64,000 nucleotides of DNA from NCBI RefSeq assembly GCF_009914755.1, contig NC_060930.1; one strand, written 5' to 3'. The stretch comes from the human T2T-CHM13v2.0 reference genome, Homo sapiens. Position 1 is the stretch's first letter. Each line of letters starts with the position of its first letter. Shown here in pieces: positions 1-12,374 of this stretch. Made by a program: the position numbers and the translations under genes. The notes beneath the pieces were generated by a model, which saw nothing but the letters and a program-made list of their open reading frames with translations, was not told the origin of the DNA and did no database searches.

Positions 1-299
1 CATATGATTCTATTTACAAAAAATTGAGAGTGCGTGGGGGACCCTAAGACTTGCAATGTGAAGATTTGTCTTGATGTGCTCAAGAACTTTAAAAATCCAG
101 AGCCTTTTGGTGCTCTGGGATTGCAGAAGTAGTCTACTGCCTTCTACTAAGACTGACATTGACCTCTTGCTTGAAGACATTACAGGATCCTCTAACTTAA
201 AGAGAGCACGAGAGCCTCTCAGGATCTACCCTATCTGTCCTGGACATCACACCAATACACAGGATCAAGTCACATGAGCCAGCATGGGAAGTGCTGAGC

Positions 300-2716
300 T
301 TATTAAGCCAGGACAGGGTCTCTATGCTTCAAAAAAGCCACAAGACCTAGCCGACTAGTGCTAGCTAGAGCTGGGGTTTGGGGGACATGCATGGGGCTGG
401 ATCCCAAGGTGATGTGTCAAGGAAGACAAGATCAACTCAGATAAGCGGGGGAGGGCTCATTGATATGGGAGCATCATTTTGTAATTCAGAATTCAACACT
501 CCTGCAAGGATCCCAGAAGATGATGCTGATATGCTGCTAGGAGGCTCTCAACCTCTTGGAAAATATATTTGCAATAAATTGTAGGAGAAATGCTAGAGCT
601 GCTGCAGCAAACAGTGAAGGGGAGAAGAGGCTTGTAGAGGTGGGCACGCCAGAATGGATCTTCCACATGCAGCCAAAAAGCCTGTTCACCTGAGCAGCAA
701 GGACAGAGCTGGTTAGAAGGGAGCAAGCCTCACTGAGAAGCTCAGTGGCATGCCCAACAGCAATGCATCATAAGACGGAAGTGGTACATTTGGATCAGAG
801 CACTCAATGAAGCTGCATGAAGAGGTGGCCCAACCCCACATGACATCTAACAGTACCACACATGCACTCTCCCTGAGCTCACCAATTCAGCTGCATGGGG
901 GAGGGAGATCGCTTTTGAGAAGCTAAAGGAATTTTTAAAAAGGCTGAGCAGGGCTCACCAATGGATGGTTGTCTTGGTGTGTGAGTACAAGCTAAAGACA
1001 GGTGGCTTCTGTGTCACAGCCCCTCTCACAAATGGCACTGAAAGCAGCAGTGGGGAGGGATCTCCCAGTGAGCAGAGTTTTAGGCAGCACACTTAGTCAT
1101 CCACGATGTGGTAAGAGAGTAGCTTGAGTCAAGATGATAGGTGGTTTCATGGACAGTGATAAACCATGTGACTGGTGGGTTGGATCTGTCAAAAGAAAGT
1201 TTGGAAGGTCAGAGGCAAGGGGGTCTGGAGAAGAGGCTGCAGATGGACATAGGGGAGCAGAAACCACGTGGGAGGGACTTTGTTTCCCATGTTAATGTCC
1301 ATCACAGAACATTCATCATAGAAGACTCACTAAACAACCAAGGAGATGGGATGATTTGACCCGTTGACAACAGCCAGCTTCTGTCACCAGCTATGCCAAG
1401 TGTTGGCACAATGGGCTCATGGACAGAGGCCATGGGGGCAGGAATGCAGGCTATATTTGGGCCCAATAGTGCTGCTATTGCTGCAACCAACTTTACAGGA
1501 ACAAAGCCAACATTGAGACCCCAGTTTGGCACCGTCCCTCAAGGAGATCAGCTACTTGGTGATAACTTGACTTCAGTGGACCATTTCTACCCAGGAATGA
1601 GCAGTCGTTCATATTGACTGAGAGCAAATATGTATTTCAAGTACAAGTTTGCTCTCCTGCCTGCCAAGCCTCAGCCATCACCATGATCACAGGCCTTACT
1701 GAGTGTTGGACCATTGATATGGGATCTTGCTTAACATCGTCTTGGACAAGGGTCTTACTATGCAACAAAGGAAGTATAGCAGTGGGCACTTAACCACGGG
1801 ATCCACTGGTTCTATCACATACAGTCCCGCCTAGAACATTTGTGCCTGATAAAAATTGAACAGCTTTTTGAAGGTGCAGCTGAGGCACTAGCTTAGAAGT
1901 GACACTCTGCAAATATGGAGCACTCTTCTCCAGAATGCTGTACACATCCTAAATCAATAAACATTACTGAGCTGTGTCCCCTGATATAGTCTATAACCCA
2001 AGTCCAGGAGGAACCAAGGGGTGGAAGTAGGAGCAGCCCTGTTTATCACAACTCTAGCATGGGGACTTGAAATTGCCCATCCCTGCAACAGTTGGCTCTG
2101 TGGTCTAGAGATCCTGATCCCCAGAGGGCAACGCTTCCACCAGGGAACAAAGTAAGGGTCTCAGTAAACCTTAAACTGTAGCTGCCACCCAGTTACTTCA
2201 AGAGCCTTGTGCCAAGAGACCAGCAGACAAGGAAAAGGTCATCATCCTTGATGCTGTAAATCATCTGGGTAAAGTGACCCAGATCATCACAGGTGTGACT
2301 GAAGTGATACAATAGGGCAGGAAGGAATATATTGGGCACCCAAGTGATATAATGAAGCATCTGTTTATACTTCCAGGCCTAATTTTAATGGTAAATGGGC
2401 AAATGCAGCAGCCACAGCCTAAGCAGGGCATTGTGGCCAGGGGCTCAGACCTCTCAGGAATGAAGTCTGCTCACACCAGACAAGACACCTCGACCAAGAC
2501 AGGTGCTAGCCAAGGGTGAAGGGAATCAAGAATGGGTCATAGGAAAGACAATGTGTATAAGTTGAAGCCTCAGGACCAGGTGCAGTAGCAGGGGCTATAG
2601 TTTATCCTAATAACCTATCTTTGGCAGAGTTATCCAGGAACCCTGGAGGAGCTTATCCCAGTTGGGATAAACTTACTATATGAAGCAAGTGGCCCCAAGT
2701 GGTGGGAGGTGTGGAC
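300..2716 (+). mobile_element. Degenerate ERVL-class internal region (ERV3-16A3_I-like), internally deleted; left boundary uncertain
   Basis: Peptide relics resemble ERVL proteins: LIDMGASFCNSEFN (gag-like, ORF 378-584), FVSHVNVHHR..EDSLNNQ (RNase H end, ORF 1141-1359), PTLRPQFGTVPQGDQ (integrase N-part, ORF 1393-1617), HGIHWFYHI (~1795-1821). A G-rich PPT-like tract (ggtgggaggtgtggac) sits directly before the LTR16-like sequence. Confidence 0.8.
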
Positions 2717-3567
2717 TCCAGTGGCTACTGTGGTGCACTGCTCAGATCCCCCTGAATGAGGCATTTGCTTCTAGCTGTCAGGAGCATTGGCTACAAACAG
2801 CTCACAATTGAACCTCCACGGGAAAAGTTCTGAGTAGAAAGAAGCTGCTTTGCCCAAGGTTATGCCCCCCGCTGAAGACACAGGAGCAGCCCACATCCAA
2901 TGACTGGTAGATAATGCAGAGTATAAGGACCACTCCCCTTGCCTTAATTTGAGCTAACTCCGAAGGGCCAGCCCAGCTCCAGAAACCATGAGATCAGCTG
3001 AGACCTCTGTTGTAGCTGTATTGCAGCTTCACTTCTGCCTTTCCCAACCCTGCTTTATTTATTTCCTCACAGATGCTCTTTCCAAGAGTGCTTCCTCATG
3101 ATCCTCCCACATGCACATCTCCATCTGCTGTGGTTTAAATGTGTCCCCCAAAGTGCATGTGTTGGAAACTTAATCCCCAATGCAACCAAGCTGAGAGGTG
3201 GGACTTTTAAGAGGTGATTAGGTCATGAGAGCTCTGCCCTCATGAATGGATTAATGCTGCTATCATGCGAGTAGTTTCATTATTGTGAGAGTGGGTTTAT
3301 TAGAAAAGCAAATTTGGCCCTCTCTTGCTTCCTTTCTCCCATGTGTCCCCATTCTCTTGCCCTTCTGCTCCTGCCATGGGATGACACAGCAAGAAGGCCC
3401 TCACCAGATGCCGGCCCCTCAATCCTGGATGTTTAGCCTTCAGAACTATAAGAAATAAATTTCTGTTCTTTATAAAATACCCAGCCTCTGGGTGTCCTTT
3501 TACAGCAGCCCAAAACAGACTAAGACACCATCTCTGTGCATTTTCACAGAAAACTGTGCCTAAGATG
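2717..3567 (+). mobile_element. LTR16-family (ERVL) 3' LTR, interrupted by an MST LTR
   Basis: Starts tccagtggctactgtggtgcactgctcagatcccc (LTR16-like 5' end) and ends ...gcctaaga. It resembles the LTR at 42243-42994. Confidence 0.75.
3126..3527 (+). mobile_element. MST-type (MaLR) solo LTR
   Basis: TGCTGTGGTTTAAATGTGTCCCCC...GACTAAGACA termini; perfect 5-bp TSD CCATC (3121-3125 / 3528-3532). Confidence 0.9.
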
Positions 3568-5099
3568 CTTCAGTATTTCAATTTTGGAAGAAGATGGGGA
3601 AAGAGAAACAACAACTTCTGCTGTTTCCTCACCCTGTCCCTTCACTCTTTTCTCCTACAAAAATTGCATCATCTTCTCCTCATCTATATTTTGCTATTCC
3701 AAAATAAAAGCAAAAGCAAAAGCCACTCCAGCCTCCCCAGCGTCTTGTCTCAGTTCTAGTGTATACGTTATCTAGGTAGCAATGAGCAGGAGCTGACATC
3801 CCTCAAAGTATGTCTCACCTGTCCCATCCCAGGCTCACATTCTTCTATGCACAGAGAGCTTCTTAAGAAAATGTGAATAAGAAAGACTTGTTCTTGCTAT
3901 TTCAACTTTAAACCATGTAGCAAATATTTTTTATCCCACTACCAGGTTAAAATCACACCAATCTGGACAATGTGCAGTTTATTACAACTCTGTTCCCACT
4001 GGGATAGCAGAAAGAGCTAATGTTATTGTTTTAAGTATACTGAAGCCAGATTTTTTGGGGTTATTTTTTGTTAGTACAAGCCAGTAAGACCAACTAGCTC
4101 ATTTTTTTTATCCTCGAGAACAATTGGGAGGTGTTTGGGTTTTTTGTTTTTGCTTTTTAAAATCTCAACTGACTCATTTGGTGGGAACAAATTCACATGT
4201 CAGCATGTGGTCTGACCAATATGACCTATCTACAGGGAAAAAAACAACATTTTCAAATTAAGGTACATTCAGCAATTATACATTCTTGTTTTAAAAAATA
4301 TATACTGACCAGCACCTAGCCATATAACAAAGAGCATGTGCCTGAGATTGCCACAGTGGGAAGATTGATCAACATCAGTCCCATTGTTTGAGTCAGGATA
4401 ACTTGCTCACATTTCAGTCAGCTTGAGTAAAAGAGAACTTATTGCAAGATGAGAGGAGTGTTTCATGAAACTTGAAGAATATACACAGGAAGTCGAATCT
4501 TTGGTAACTAAACCCTTGCTCTGTCTATTTTTCTCTCCCTTCCCTATCCTACCCCAATGTCTCTCTGCTTCCCTCTGTCCCTTTGCTCCCTCCTCTGGCT
4601 TCCTTTGCAGATTGCCTCTGGCTCTCTCTGCTTCATTACCAGTCCTCATGGCCCAAAAAGGCTGCTGCAGCTTAGTCTTCTAGAAGAAGTCACCTTCATG
4701 GAATACAGTCTCGTAGCCTCTTAAGTCAAACTTTTGTGATTTCTATCTGAGTGCTTTGGGTAGAGTCAGATATCCCTGATCTACCTGTTATAAAAATAAA
4801 ATGCCCAGCCCCATTGTTCAGGAAAGCTTATGCAGACACCTGTCTAAGGATGGAGGTTGACCTTTTCAGGCACCCCAAAAGTATTTGTCACATTTCTTGG
4901 ATATACATTTGAATCCCTTAGCAAATTCCACCATATTCCTTCTGGCAGACAGTGAGGTGAGAGACAAATTATCCATGTCAGTGAACCTATATATCATGTT
5001 TGGTTTTATATGGCAGCACCCAGTAGAGATGGGACTGATAATACTGAGGTTCAAGGGATAATGCTTATCTTTGAAAGAAAAGTAGATGGAGGGGGGTAA

Positions 5100-6005
5100 T
5101 TATTATAATAATTTTCAATGTATTAGTAGAAGCATCATTTATTTTTAACAAGAAACTTACTAGCTAAAACATGCACAGAATCCTTTGACTTAGGAATTCC
5201 ACTTCTCAGAATGCATACTAAGGAAACAATCATAACAGTATTGATATGGTTTGGCTATGTCCCCACCCAAATCTCTAATTGTAGCTCTCATAATTCCCAT
5301 GTGTCATGGGTGGGACCCCATGGGACGTAATTGAATCATGAGAGTGGGTCTTTCTTGTGCTGTTCTCCTGATAGTAAATAAGTCTCACAAGATCTGATGG
5401 GTCTATAAAGGGGAGTTTCCCTGCACATGCTCTCTTGTCTTCTCCCATGTAAGACATCCCTTTGCTCTTCCTTCGTCTTCGGCCGTGATCTTGAGGCCTC
5501 CCCAGCCTTGTGGAAATGTGAGTCCATTAAACCTCTTTCTTTTATAAATTACCCAGTCTCAGGTATGTCTTTATCAGCAGTGTGAAAACAGACTAATACA
5601 AGTACATAAAACATTATAAAGAGATATTCATTATAGACATGTATTAATATAAATGAAAAGAAGTTGCATATCTATTAATAGGAATTCCAATGATGAATTT
5701 ATGTTCTATGCATGGGGTTGGCTATTGTGCACCCTTTAAAAATTATCTTTTTGAAGAGTATTTACTCACATAGGAAAATGTGTATAACATGCTAAGGGAA
5801 AAAAACAAAATCATATGCATCCTCCTAATTGTATTTTAAATTATTTACCTATAATGCATTTAAAGAAGATAAGAAGGCAATATATCAAAATGTTAACTGC
5901 GATTATTTCTGAATGGTGAGGGATGGGTAACTTTTATTTTCTTTTTTATTATTGGCTTATTTTCCAAATTATCTAAGATGGATGCATATTGTTTTTATAA
6001 TTAGT
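5100..6005 (+). mobile_element. Old L1ME-type 3' fragment, split by THE1
   Basis: tttgacttaggaattccacttctcagaat...taaggaaacaat and caaaatgttaactgcgattatttct resemble L1ME 3' ends; boundaries approximate. Confidence 0.55.
5242..5600 (+). mobile_element. THE1B/C (MaLR) solo LTR
   Basis: TGATATGGTTTGGCT...GACTAATACA, 359 bp; TSD AGTAT/AGTAC. Confidence 0.93.
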
Positions 6006-6673
6006 TTCTTCAGCCTTTCACCTCACAACAGTGAATGCAATAAAATGAACATTCAAGAAGAAAAGAGAGAAGAAAAGATTACTGAACTACCATGATGACC
6101 AGAGTTGACTTTTATTTTTCAGCTCATCTTTTGTTGTTGTGGGAAGGGCCCACAGAAGCCAACAGTTTTGGTGGAACTCCGATCGGACAGTAGATGCTTC
6201 TTATTCCTTGTTATGAACTACAAATGCCCCGACCTCGTGTTTATGATCGCCAACAGTCACTTGTGCATTTCTGTCTCCACTAATGCATGGTGTGGCTAAT
6301 TGGGTTTGTGAAAAAGGTCACTTCCATCTTTTTTTTTTTTAATGAATGGTTTAGTTTATTATTACAGTGGAGTGTTGACAAGCATGGCAGAGACTAAAAA
6401 TATAGTTCCTTTTCAAAATAAAATATTCAGCATTTTGACTGGCTGCAGATTTATTTGGCAGTAATTTCTTGGTTAAAATTCCCTGAGGTTTCTTTATATG
6501 GCTATTTTGGTTCTTTATTTTAAGTATATCAGCATTTTTCCACAGCTTCAAGCTATTCTCATCTCAGCATGTAGGAAGTTAATAGGCAGCACAGAAGCTT
6601 GTTACTCCAATTCCAGTAAAAACATAATTGGCTCAAGAGCTAAGATACCAGCACCATCCTTTCTGCTACCTTG

Positions 6674-6842
6674 AAGGACCAGCAAGAATGGCCACAAACT
6701 CAAACTCATCACAACAATCAGGCCCATTCCAGGCAGTGCCCATGAATATGGAATAAGGACCAGCAAAAATGGCCACAAACTCAAACTCATCACAACAATC
6801 AGGCCCATTCCAGGCAGTGCCCATGAATATGGAATAAGGACC
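6674..6842. repeat. 81-bp direct tandem duplication (2 copies plus 7-bp overlap)
   Basis: AAGGACC occurs at 6674, 6755 and 6836 (period 81); the copies differ at one base (caagaatg vs caaaaatg). Confidence 0.97.
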
Positions 6843-6849
6843 GCTTGGA

Positions 6850-7355
6850 ATTTTGTTTTTTAGTCTCAAAACTTTGTAAGATTTTTTAACAATATGCATA
6901 ATAGGAATGCAATTCCATTTAAGGTGGTTGCCCACCTAGATACACAACATATTCCAGTGGTACCACCATTCTTCGAAACATCTGTGAAATTTCTGTTTTG
7001 GAATCGCTTTCAGATACAGTTTATGGAGAAATACATCAGAAAATTAGTCTCATTCATTTCTAATCACATATGAATCAGATTAAAAAGTTAGATTACTCAA
7101 CTTATTTACCAGACTGGGCACCAGATGCCTTTTGCATTTTCTAAATAGCAGATTCTCTCGCAAAACCAAAGTTTGCCACCAATAAATCTTTCAAACCACA
7201 TGCCTTGGTCTAGGATAGGAATTCCAATAAGATAATTCCAAAAGGGATTAGATTAATGGTAGAATCATTGGAATAAGTGTACAGTCTTCCAATCTAACAA
7301 CTCTGAACTGGGCATTTGGATCCGTAAGATCAGGCACACTTAAAAAAAAAAAATT
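6850..7355 (+). mobile_element. Ancient mariner-derived non-autonomous element (MARNA-like)
   Basis: tat tta cca gac tgg gca cca (7103-7123) reads YLPDWAP, a relic of the mariner YSPDLAP motif. The downstream cattggaataagtgt (HWNKC) and catttggat match the recalled MARNA 3' part. Confidence 0.6.
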
Positions 7356-8036
7356 AAGTGAGTTCCAGGCTCTGTTACAGGGGCTGCAGCAGCACATATA
7401 TATCAGGTTTAGCCTTTGCCCTTTGACAATATCAGTCTTAAGAGCACTGACTTGAAGAAGTGATCTAAAATAGTATCTTAGAGTTATGCTAATTTGAACT
7501 ACCCCAGTCAGAAAGATATGGAAAAGTGAGAAAGAAGGAAAATGTTTTAAAGGCCTTTTCTTTGTCTTTCTCTCTCTCTCTTTTTTTTTTTTTTCTCATT
7601 TGCAGGACATTGAAACAAAGCAGGGAAGTGCATTTGCATTCAGCTAAATTTAATTTGCATGCCTAGATAACCTCTGGGAATTTGGGAGGCTACCTTAGCT
7701 GGAATGTGCAATTGTAGCTACCTATTTACGTCACAGTGTTTGTTATGAAATAAAGGACTAAAACCTTAAAATGCGGTTCAATTTAAATATCTTGATCACC
7801 ATCAGTAGCAGCAGCAACAATTCTCTCACAGATTTCATCCTTGAGGAAAAGGCAGGAAGTCAGTTAAACTTAATTCGGCTTCCATCGACAAATATAATTT
7901 GGACATCAGGAATGGTGCCATGCAAAGACGCACACTCTCGTTCAACTCCTTCAGCTCAAGGAACTCATCCAAGTTACCTCAAGCATTAGGGTCTTACTGT
8001 GACTATAACAGGAATGCATACTCTTCCAGCCCCTAA

Positions 8037-8785
8037 TGTTATCAAACCAAACTGGACTCCACCTGCCCGGCGCAGTAAGATGAGATATCCACACTGAGGT
8101 TTGCAGCAGGAGAAAGGAAGGCGTTTATTCGCAGGGTGCTAAGCAAGGACAATTGGCAGCTATTGCTTAAGAGTCAAACCTCCAGATGGCTTAGGGGTAA
8201 AGGCTTTTTAAGACAGGGGGCAGAGGTTGCAGGCAAAGTCATAAATCAATACATGGATGCTATACATTGGCTGGACCTCAAAAGGTGGGATATCTCCAAG
8301 CATGAGCCCAAGCAAGATCATAAGTGGATTCAAAGATTTTCTGATTTGCAATTAGTTAAGAAGGCAAAGCGTCATCTAAAAATTTGGGATTAGTAGAATG
8401 TTCTGGGCCAGGGATGTGACCTCCTCCAGGCCCCTCAAGAAGAAACTTAGAACAAAGAGTTCAGTCTTTGGTTCCCCCTTATCTGGAGGAGATCCATTTG
8501 GGTGGGGGTGGGGGGTTCTAGGATTCTGAAAAACAACTAAGGGACATAGGCTAAGATGTTATCTTTAGTTTCTGTAGAGGAGCCAAACATTTCGTGATTC
8601 TAACGTCCTTGGATACGGTTTAAGCTACTATTACCTTCTTGCTTATCAAGTTTCTCATTTACTTCTCAGGGCTAGCTAAGTGCCTGCAACTTCCCTTGAA
8701 GGAACTCAAGATTTTCTTTTAATTCCATTCTTGTTGGGTGGTGAGGTGGCTGCAGGTCCCCAAGAGGGGCCCCTGCTCTGTCTCA
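8037..8785 (-). mobile_element. ERV1 MER4-group solo LTR (LTR48/49-like; subfamily uncertain)
   Basis: TG...CA termini; the minus strand begins TGAGACAGAGCAGGGGCCCCTCTT; minus-strand AATAAA near 8125; 4-bp TSD CTAA/CTAG. Confidence 0.7.
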
Positions 8786-9791
8786 CTAGCTAGGAACAGT
8801 TCCAGAAGCTCATCCCTCCCCTTCCACCCATCTAGATACCTGGAGGGCCCTAAGCTTAGTATAGTCTCTGTCTAGGAGAAATATTCTTGCTCATGAGATG
8901 GCAGTTGTTTGGCAGGCAAAATCTAGAAAGACAGGTGGCTTGATGTTCCCATTTAGAAAATGACCAGCATCTTAACAAAACAGAATTGCCTCGCAGCAGG
9001 AATGTCAAAGTGCCAGTTATATCACAAAGCTTCCTGTCATGTTGGGTGGAGCCCTTGGTCCCTCCTGGGAATTCAAGGACTACCACTCAAAGTGCTTCTC
9101 TTATTTTTCAAACCACCCCTAAATTTGGGGGTGAGGGACAGTCCGCTGATCCCTAGAACCAGGTATCCTTTTCTCTGCATCATTTCCCAGGCCCCACTCT
9201 TCTCTCCTTTAGGTCCATATCAGTCCTTTCTCATAAATGCCATCATTACCTCTAAGAAACCAAAGTACCTGATCTTATTGATCACGATCTTGATTTCATC
9301 TGTTTCTCCTGAGTCCTAACGTTGACCTTTTGAGATGCTGTGTGGCAGGTGTCTCTTACTGTCTTCTGTGCTTGCCCCCATCCTCAAATCTCCTTGATGA
9401 GTAAGCAGTGCAAATGTTGATACTGAATCTCAGAGTAAAGAACACTACTCATCTAGTCCGGAGGTTTTCTCTGTTAGAAGTTATGATCTAATTATTTCCA
9501 ACTCTAAAAATTATTAACCAATTATACCCAATTGTCTAAAGATCCATTCCTAAAATCCCATTAATTCAAATTAATTCCTCCCTACTGGCTTGATAAAAGA
9601 TGTTTTACCCCTCACTTGAAATACAAGTTCCTTTCAACACAGAGGCCTGTGAATATACTATTAGTATATAAATTCTCCTTCTAAGTTGCCATTATATAAA
9701 TGAGTAGTGGGAGTAACTGAAATTTAGGGATATATTATAACTGGCATTATTTTGTTCATTAAATTAATTTGAAATAAGAAATGTACATTCA

Positions 9792-10082
9792 GGCTGGGTC
9801 TGGTGGCTCATGGTTGTAATCCCAGCACTTTGGGAGGCTAGGGTGGGAGGATCACTTGAGCTCAGAAGTTCAAAACAAACCTAGGCAGCATAGTGAGACC
9901 CTGTCTCTATGAAAAATTAAAATAGTGGCCAGGTGTGATGGTGCACACCTGAAATCCCAGCTACTTGTGGGCTGAGGTGGGAGGATTGCTTCAGCCCAGC
10001 AAGTTGAGGGTGCAGTGAGTTGTGATGGCGCCACTATACTCCGGCCTGGCCGACAAAGCGAGATCCAGACTCAAAAAAAAAA
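9792..10082 (+). mobile_element. AluJ
   Basis: Full dimer with gggaggatcacttgag J-type signature, A tail, degenerate TSD aaatgtacattca/aaatttacattta. Confidence 0.92.
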
Positions 10083-10574
10083 AAATTTACATTTAGTAAA
10101 CAAATTATTAGGGTTAATGATTCAAGGTGGGTAATAATTCAAATGATTTCCTCTTATAAAGGAAAATTTTGTGAATGAAAATAGAGGATTTGAATTGACC
10201 TGTGACACTGGCTTTTTCTGTGACCTTACTAATATCCCAAAGAGCAAAGAGCTTTAAGAAAATATTTTTAAATAATGCAAACTTGTATGCCTTTGACATT
10301 CCAGTCACCCAAGTGGCCAGGAGTTTAGGTAATGAATAATCGGAATGAAAGTTGCTGTAACTTGTCCAAATCTAGAGATAACGATTTAGATTTGATTTAA
10401 ATTAGATTTTTCTTTTTGAGCCAAAAAAGAGCCCCTTGCTGTATCTTGTCTTCTAATATTATATCACACACCTGTTTTGAATCTTTGCATTGGTGAATGT
10501 TATATTTATTCCTTCAAAGTATCTTGTAACTACATGATCAGAATATAAGTAGACTTCAGTCATTGGTTTATACT

Positions 10575-10890
10575 TTTATTCTTTAGACAATATATAGTAC
10601 CTAATATGTGCCAGGCATTCCATTTGACTTTGAAAAATGTGAAGATGAAGACACAGTCTCTACCCTCAAGGGCTTAAAGTCTATTTGTGGAAATAGGTGA
10701 ATAAAGTATTAACAATGACAGAATGCGGCTAATACATTAACGAAAATATGGACTAAGTGCTTTGGAGGCATAGAGGAAGTAGTGAATAATATATTCTTCA
10801 AAAGTTGAGAATTAACCAAAATTAAATCTGCCACCTTGGGACTAGACTGCAATGGCAGTTGTAAGGTGAATGAATTGTGCTGACCCCAGC
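10575..10890 (-). mobile_element. L2 3' fragment
   Basis: tacctaatatgtgccaggcat...acacagtctctaccctcaagggctta is typical of the antisense L2 3' end. Confidence 0.65.
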
Positions 10891-11417
10891 CTGGTCTGGT
10901 ACATTTACTGGTTTTCCTCTTTCCTATAGACACCTTTACCTTGTTTGCTCAAGAATATTGTGCAACAGTGGACCTTCATGGTTTCCAAGCAGAAAAATGC
11001 TGTTTGACCACTGAGCAAATTCTTCTTGACTGCTTTGGATTAAGAATTGCTACTCTAGTGAAATTAAGCCAAAGTGTCATTCAGGAAGCAAGATGTTCCA
11101 TTTGAACAGAACATAAATCAAAGCTGGAAGTGGGGGCTGCCTAGACTCCCTGTTCTGAAGCCCTCTTGACTCTGTGAATTCCATCACCAAATCCTTGCTT
11201 CCAGACCTCAGGAACATGGCTTCAACAAGTCTGTCTATGCCAAACCCATGCTTCCCATTGCTTTCATTCTGAAGCTTCTAGGGCTGTTTCAAGAATGCAA
11301 TGCAAAATTAAAATTTCATGGAATATTAAGCAATTCTTTCTAATAGAAAGCCAGTAAAATTGTCAAATTTCATTGATCACCAAGCCATGTAGATGGCTGG
11401 CCAGTTTGAAAGGTCCA

Positions 11418-11805
11418 CACTATGGTTTGAATCTTCGTTTCCTCACCAAAATCCATGTTCAAACTTAAAACCCATTGTGGTGATATTAAGAGGTGTGTTC
11501 TTTGGGAGGTGATTAAGTCATCTATGGCATTAGCACCTTATAAAAGGGCTCAGGGATGAAGGGAGCACCCTCTTGCCTTCCTATCTCTTCCTCCATGTAA
11601 GGACATTGCTTTCCTCCTCTGGGGAGGATGCAGCAACAAGGCACCATCTTGAAAGCAGAGAGCAGCCCTCAACAGACACCACTTCTACTGGCTTCTTGAT
11701 CTTGGACTCTCAGCCTCCAGAACCATGAGAAATAAACTTCTGTTCTTTTATCAATTATCCAGTCTCGGGTACTTTGTTGTAGCCACACAAAAATGGACTG
11801 AAACA
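11418..11805 (+). mobile_element. MSTC/D-like (MaLR) solo LTR
   Basis: ctatggtttgaat...ggactgaaaca; TSD GTCCA/GTCTA. Confidence 0.85.
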
Positions 11806-11974
11806 GTCTATTAAATTAAAAATAAATGAAATTTATTGATAAATTCCTGATAGAGTTTATTCCTCCTGATACAGATATGCAAAACACTGAACAATGACTG
11901 ACAAATGAAAGTCACTGTTACCTCAGTGATGTTTCTCTTAGATGAGTGCACCTCCCAGAGGTAATGGTGGCCAA

Positions 11975-12130
11975 TCAGAGCCCAGAACTCTGCCTACAGC
12001 TGCATTAACTCACTGTGGGGAGTTAGTCAAGCTATTTTAACTTCTTCCTAGCTTAGATAATCCACCTGTAGAAATAAATGAGAAAAACTATACATTGAAT
12101 TTTTGGAAAATCAGATGAAAGATGATATAA
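11975..12130 (+). mobile_element. MIR fragment
   Basis: Degenerate core actcactgtggggagttagtcaagctattttaacttc...ccacctgtagaaat. Confidence 0.5.
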
Positions 12131-12374
12131 GAGTAGAGAAAACCCCATTTTTATTTCGTTGAGATACAATATTATTTAGAAAATGATTAAAGTGATACAT
12201 TAGGTTAGAGGTTCCCAGATTTTTCACAAAGAAATTCTTTGTTTGGCTTTGTGAGATCTTTACATTTCTCTCCTTTCCAAGTATATATAAACACCTATAT
12301 ATGTACTATATAAAAATTATAAATATATATACAAAGGCACTATATAAATTATATGTATAATTTTTATATAGTAT

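Noticed and set aside
4213-4227. DR3-like element TGACCA-ata-TGACCT
   Set aside because: One half-site is non-consensus and there is no supporting context.
6602-6935. Repeat-containing membrane-like peptides
   Set aside because: The repetition is fully explained by the 81-bp DNA duplication; there is no evidence of coding.
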